Below are positions 57,695 to 64,000 of a stretch of DNA of 64,000 nt, in pieces; position 1 is the stretch's first letter; the number at the start of each line of letters is the position of its first letter. The notes under the pieces were generated by a model. It searched no databases. It was given only the letters and a program-made list of their open reading frames with translations, and had not been told where the DNA came from. The translations under genes were made by a program, and so were the position numbers. Source of the DNA: the human T2T-CHM13v2.0 reference genome, Homo sapiens; the NCBI RefSeq assembly GCF_009914755.1, contig NC_060926.1; one strand, written 5' to 3'.

Positions 57695-57885
57695 AGTGAA
57701 ACATTCTCTATGTGCCAGATGCTTTATGCAGCATCTTGTTTAACTGTCATGAAAACGTATAAGATAAAATCTTATGATTAATCCCATTTCAAAATGAAAA
57801 AACAGAGATTTGGAGATGAGAAATCATGTTCCTCAAGCTTATGCAGATGGTAAAATAAACTTGGAATTCACCCAAAGATTATCAG
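57695..57885 (-). mobile_element. MIR
   Basis: tatgtgccagatgctttatgc...cccatttcaaaatgaaaaaacagag. Confidence 0.6.
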
Positions 57886-58417
57886 ACCCCAACACAAATA
57901 CGTCACTTATTCACAAATATGTCAGTTATTCTGCTAGTACTTGCCTCAGTTGTGGTGGGGATATGAGACATGGTTGTCATTCTTTGGGTGACCATTTCAC
58001 CCAGTTTTGCCAATTAGTTAAATGTGAATTATTTAAAATAACTCTCCTTTGTTCTATTTCTTTCTTTTTTTTTTTTCACCTTTGGTTACTTTCTTCCACT
58101 TATCATATCAATCTCACATTAGAAGCAAAGGCCATGATTCCTGCCCATTCTCTGCCCTCACCACAAAACCTGGATTAATTAGGACATAACAGCCAGAAAT
58201 ATGATGACCAGTCAGTTACACTTTCTATGCTCTCTAGCCCAGCCATCAGGATGAATTTAGATTAGACATACTCAAGAATATCCATGAGTGATAACTATAA
58301 GCTTTGTCACAGATAACTGTATTGGCTGTGCTTAAATGTACAACTCTGTTTTTCTATTATTATGTGATATTTCATGTTGACTTGTCAAACTGAAAAATAC
58401 CCATATTGATTTTGCAG

Positions 58418-58555
58418 AAAGCTTCACATGTGAGATAAATGCACTCAAAGATTCCTCACAAGTAGCTCTTTGGAGCTTCAGATGTGAAATGGATCATTCC
58501 TCAATCTGTAATAGACCCTTCTGTGAAGCTCTTCAATCAAACCAGAGAATTCAAG
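58418..58555 (+). other. Candidate 138-nt plus-strand exon (possibly of the upstream divergent lncRNA)
   Basis: Acceptor TTGATTTTGCAG| and donor AAG|GTGAAA; unique sequence. Confidence 0.35.
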
Positions 58556-59208
58556 GTGAAATTGAGGGGAGGATTGGAAACCCCTACAGGGGGATTTGAG
58601 TGAACTAGCTGAGAAAGGAACCTGAGGTATTTGCCACGTGCTGCCTCTTTTTTCAGTTCTTTTCTTTAGCATGGGAAGGCTGTCAATCAATGTGTGACCT
58701 TACACGCTGTAGGTGCATAATACCTGGGTACAACAAGACAAGCTGTAAGGGGAGTATCAAATACATCTTTGATTTCTTTCCATTTGTCATTTTTCTGACA
58801 ACCCTTAGGCTATTTTTAAAGTAGCTATTTTATACAGATTTGTTATTAGATATTTCTCTCTATTGAATTATTAATTATATCGTTATAATTGATAGGATGA
58901 AATTATATATCTTTTGAAAAAACATTAGTATTCTTTTTAAAAAGTTAGTGATATATGGTAACTACCTTAGTTAGAAAGAATTGATATATTTTATAAAGTA
59001 ATGATCCTCATAGTTACATCTTATTTAGGGATTATGTTTGTAGATCATGTAATGAGTTTTAATAAGTTTGTTTCCAGTAAAGCAGTAAGACAGAGTTACC
59101 TCTGGTAAGGAAAAAATAAAGAAGATCTATTCTGAAATTAGTTTTTGTGTCACATTTTTAATTGATTTGGTGCCACATTTCCAGTTGGACATTTCTAGGT
59201 TAATTTTT

Positions 59209-59326
59209 TTTTATTATACTTGAAGTTTTAGGGTACACGTGCACAACGTGCAGGTTACATATGTATACATGTGCCATGTTGGTGTGCTGCACCCATTAAC
59301 TCGTCATTTAACATTAGGTATATCTC
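59209..59326 (-). mobile_element. Young L1PA extreme 3' fragment (~120 bp)
   Basis: ttattatacttgaagttttagggtacacgtgcacaacgtgcagg...; TSD tctag(g/t)ttaattttt. Confidence 0.92.
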
Positions 59327-62300
59327 TCTAGTTTAATTTTTAAGAAACTCTAGAATTTTCAATGGGCTATTTAGTTTGGAGAAGCAGTGAATCCCGACAC
59401 CAAACCAAGTAATCAAAACTGTGCTTTAGAATTTATGCTGAAATATGGAGTATGTTTGACAATAGTTTTTGATGCTCAAGCTGCTATGAAATGATTGCTA
59501 TCCCATAACAGTGTTATAGTTTTCCTAAGCCATGGAGATGGTGTTGTTTGTAAAGCTCAATTATTAGTATAATCTTAAGAGCACATTAATTATGTATTTG
59601 TTCTGCACATGTGATTAAAGATCATGGCAGCTTATACAGCATAATTTTAGAGATGACAAAAATGACTATTGTAATACTTGCTACTCTCAGTTTCCTCTAC
59701 AGCAATGCCCTTACACCTTTCTTTTGCGGGCTTTTTGTAGCATCCTAAACAGAAGGATATTGCAGGGAGCTGATTCTGCTTTGATCCTTGTGCTTGTTGT
59801 CAAAGCGCTTGGGATTGAAGAGACTGTTGGCTACAATTGACTGTGACAATTAGGAGATGATCAGAGCCCTAGAGTGGAGCACTTAAAGGGTAATTTACAT
59901 GTCAGTTTGTCGAATAAAAAAAAAGATATTCAGCTAAGATTTTTTTTCCCCCTCAGAGCCTTGTAAACTGCAATTTGTGCTCTGGTAAGAAAAACCTGGC
60001 AGAGGAGTTAGGCTAGCCATTACCATTTGAAAAGAAGCAATCATAAGGCCGCTGCTGAGTCCTTTGTCCACTAAAAATGCTGATTTGCAGGCAGCGAGTG
60101 AAAAAGTGGAACCATCACTAAATAAAACCGTGAGCTAGGTAACTACCCTTCACCCCGATCCTTGGTGGCTTTTTAGTGTTGGTTAAAGGTGCTTTTTTTT
60201 TTTTAAATGTATCATAAATCCTACATTACTATCATTACAACCCTGTTATTGGTTATGAATGTCTTGTCCTATAAATAAATAACTAAAATGGTCACACTGA
60301 GGAAGTGGTGGTGGAATATAAGCCAACAGTCAATTGAAAGGCTAAAGCTGACTATCACTTGTATTAGATTTTTCCTTATTCTTTTTCCTTCTGTACACCA
60401 TCAAAATTTCCATCCTTTGCACTATGCTATTGTTTTTCTCTGTTGTATCGATGTGTTCCTAGATTTTTTCATTTATATTTATACTCCGATGTTAAAATGG
60501 GAACCGTATTTCTAACTTTCATGTGATTGGTTGGCCTATTTGGGTGTACTTGGCTAAAAATGTAACATAGCATTAGTCCATGTGCTATTCACATGTGGTC
60601 ATCTCTATATTCTTATATTAGCTAATCCATATGTACAAGTAAAAAACATAGCTAGAAAGCTAACAGAAGGTAATTGCCAGTAAATATATGGTGGTAGTAG
60701 TTACACATCATCTGTTTAATCATCAAATAGAATAAGAAAAATTAGAATTTATTTCAAAGATCTTTTACGTCTTTTTTCCCTGGAAATCATCACTACTACC
60801 TCTACTACTAGGATAAGCTGCAAGATTTTCACTTGTATGGTTGTCTGAAAAAAGTAATGTATCAACACAATCATCTTTGCGAAGATACCTAAATTTGGTG
60901 TATACTTAATTCAGGGTTAGGTATTAACCTTCAGTTGCAGGTACATTTTACGTTCCATTTCTTTGATACTTGGCTATGGTAAAGGGCATTTGCAGAGAGG
61001 CAGCATAGGTCTCAAGACGAGTTTGTCTTTATCGATAAGAGTGAAGAGTATTTGTGGCCTTCAAAAGCCAGAGGCTCCAACTCTGAGGAGGTATCTGGTC
61101 ATCGCTGTTCCCCGAGGTCTGTCACCTGGACACTGTGTCTGGGTTTAAAGGCTGCCCTTTCAGTAAATAATTTACTACCTTAGATTTCCAAATAAGAGGG
61201 CTTTTATTTCTCTTCATTTGATTCTAATATCTTAATATTTTAACAAACTTTTTTTCCCCAATGAATGCCTTATGAAAGAAGTTGTATTCTATTTTGGGGG
61301 GTTTCTGAAAATCATAATAATCAGGTTATGATTAATTGAGGGAAGACAGCAATTCATAGATAGATATTGGTGCCTTCTCTGACTGCTTTGCAGTAAAGTC
61401 CTTAGCTTCTTTATAAGGTTTTAAAATTCTAATTTTGTGTGTGTGTATAGGCCTACCTTGCAAAGAAGAGCACACAAGCAATAATAAAATAAGAATGAAT
61501 AAGGTTATTAAGTGCAAAGAAGATAATGAGAGAGGGAGCCAAAGAAGGTCTGGGTTTCCTTGGCATGTGTGTGTAGGATACAGGCAATTGTAAATCTGTA
61601 TCAAAAATCAAGCACAGCAGGAGGTGTTCGTCTCCCAGGTAATGGGTAAATGATGAGCAGATGAGCCATCCTTCTATTGATTTAAGCATTTTGTTTCAGC
61701 CAGTCACAATTAACTTTGATTTGTTTTTACTTTCCTCTTAAAGGTTTGCATTTAAAACACTCTTGGAGCACTAATTGTATAAAATTCTGGTAACTGCACA
61801 TTCTCTTTTTAGAGAGGTAATGAGTGAATGAATGAAAAGGCAGGGATTATTTGCTATTCTGAGTGAGGATTGTCAGAGCATTTCTACTTGACTGAAATTG
61901 TTTTGGAAGGTGAGCTGGAACAGGAATCTTGCAACTAAAATGATGTGACTCTCCATGTGGTTTTTGGATGTTTCTTTATCAAAGAATTTTGCGGTATGGT
62001 TCTGGGACTTACAAGTTGATTAATAACTTTATTTATTTATGAGAGAATATTTAAGTGAATAATATGAAAACATTTTAAGGTATGCTTACTTGACTGAAGT
62101 AAATGAGAGTCTCTTGAAAGTTCATTTGAAAGGATTTGAAATGGGATTTTCCTCTTACCATCACAATATTTTTTCAAGATACAAATGGCCATGTTGTGAC
62201 AAAATACATTATTGAAATGCTTTGAAAAGTTTTTAAAAACATGCCTAAGAAAACAATATGTAGACCATTACAGTTAATTCAGATATCAATTTATTAATAT

Positions 62301-62403
62301 TGCTGCTACTGGAAAGTCCTAAAACGTACGGGACATCATTCCAAAACACTTGGGGTCTGTTTTAATAAGCAGCTCTTTCTCTGTTCTTGTTTGGAAGGGG
62401 CAC

Positions 62404-62529
62404 TAGGGTTGCCAGATTTAGTAAACAAAAATAAAGATTGCCCGGTTAAATCTGAATGTCTAATAACTAATGAATTTTTTTAGGATAAGAATGTCCCATG
62501 CAATGTTTGTATTTTATCTGGCAACCTTA
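62404..62529. mobile_element. MER53-like hAT MITE
   Basis: Terminal inverted repeats agggttgccagat...atctggcaacctt. Confidence 0.8.
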
Positions 62530-63874
62530 GGTAGTACTTTGGTTGGATAGAAATTACAGCCATGCATTGAATATGTGACTGAATACTGAGAAATTATTAT
62601 TTTAAAATGATTTTACCTTTTACTGTCAGACCAGATAGGCCAACCAGCTTGCCCCCTTCAAATAGAAACCAAAAGCTTTTTAGCTCCTTAATGCTGAGTT
62701 TAATTTCCCGTATCATGTTCCTAGGGTAAGTTGTGACTTGTCATTTTCAGTATACTGTGACATCAGCCTGACTAATATAGAGACATTAGAGAAGATGGAA
62801 GAGTGTAGCTTACATCGATCAGGCTTTGACTAGAATGTTCGGTGATTATAGGTGTAGAGAATTGAATGATGCAATGATATATTATGTTAGTGAAGCCACA
62901 TCTTTTTTGTGGCAGTATTTTGACTATATAGGTAGCCAAGTTTAAAATCCTTGTGATTCTAACCCTGGTAAGAACTTCTGGGAGGGGAAAGATTCTATGT
63001 CCTTGCACTTTTATTTTGTTTCATTTAACTTTGGTTACAATAATCTAGTGGCTAGATTAATAATAATCTAGAAACTAAGCCAAAGCTTCCAGAAAACCAA
63101 ATATCTGATTTATCTTTGGGGCCAGCATTCACTTTTGCTAGTAGCATTTTTCACTTTCTGATGCTTTCCATGGCTTATCAGGAGGCCTATTTGTAGAAGA
63201 GAAGTTTGGAGCCCCATGCCCCCTACTGATTTCACTATAGCTTTAGAGGACAGTTCCTAGGAAACCTAGGCTGGGCCTGGGTGGTCCCACCTCCAGAACA
63301 CTTTGTGAATCATCCCAATTTCTGCCTCAGAGCCTTCTCCCAGGCTGCAGAAGCCTGCTTCATGATTCCTCCCTCAGGCCTAGCATGGAAATATAGGGGG
63401 AATTAACACCTGCCAGGGCAATCTTTGTGATAAGTATTCCCGCCAACGATCTTTTGAACAGGCAATTCTGAAAAGCACTAGGCATTCTCAGAGGTCCTAT
63501 TTTCAACAGCAGGAATCTTAGGTACCCTTTAGGAACATTATTTGGCTTTTCCTCCAGCCCTTCCTTATTCCCGCTATTCCCGCCCTCTCATTTCTAGGGA
63601 AAACTAACATGCATCTTATTCCTTGTTTCAGGCTCTGCTTTTAGTGGAACCCTAGCTAAGATACTCCTGATGCTCTTTTCTCCCCAGCACCACGGTTCTC
63701 TCCTTGCTCTAGATCTAGATATTTTGCTTCCTGTGGTTCCATCAAGATTTACATTTTTTTCCCTTATCAGTGGAAGAGAGTTCTGCCACTGTATCTACTG
63801 GTACTGCTAAGTCATATTGGTTACCAAATGCATCATGCACATTTTCCTCACCCAAACTCTCCTCTTTATAATGA

Positions 63875-64000
63875 AAACAATTATTGAATGCCCACTACAT
63901 GTGAGAATATATGCTAAAGGTTCCATGCAGATTGTTTCATTTTATCCTCATGACGTCACCAAAAAAATAAGTATTTCTACCTTACAGATGAAAAAACTGA
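63875..64000 (-). mobile_element. MIR (runs off the window)
   Basis: ttattgaatgcccactacatgtg...ttacagatgaaaaaactga. Confidence 0.65.

Noticed and set aside
58425-58460. Resemblance to an alpha-satellite phrase (tgtgagataaatgcactcaaag)
   Set aside because: Short and gapped, with no 171-bp periodicity; probably chance.
63041-63059. Hairpin taatctag-tgg-ctagatta
   Set aside because: Short AT-rich stem; too small for a pre-miRNA and no other support.

Overview
Human (or very close great-ape) genomic DNA covering the 5' end of ZEB2 (SIP1/ZFHX1B) on the minus strand. It includes non-coding exon 1 (donor at 11946), a 2519-nt intron 1, and exon 2 (9285-9426), which holds the start codon and the first 73 coding nt ([24 protein letters not shown]). 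About 9.3 kb of intron 2 follows. A spliced, polyadenylated plus-strand antisense unit consistent with ZEB2-AS1 overlaps exon 1 (about 11.6-12.9 kb). CpG islands lie at about 7.9-9.6 kb and 16.1-16.7 kb. I could not find Alu/L1 in the first ~18 kb. The remaining ~46 kb is non-coding and repeat-rich: 14 Alus, L1/L2/MIR fragments, MER1A, MER94, MER53 and an ERV-L pol remnant. I see no second protein-coding gene and no wholly new system. The most interesting signals are post-transcriptional: (i) a 35-codon uORF that exists only when intron 1 is spliced and stops 13 nt before the ZEB2 ATG; (ii) a different uORF with an ATGA stop/start overlap when intron 1 is retained; (iii) in-frame acceptors plus a strong poly(A) site in intron 2 that could make 28-58 aa peptides carrying only the NuRD-binding motif. 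Gene and repeat names come from recognition, not from a database search, and old-repeat boundaries are approximate.
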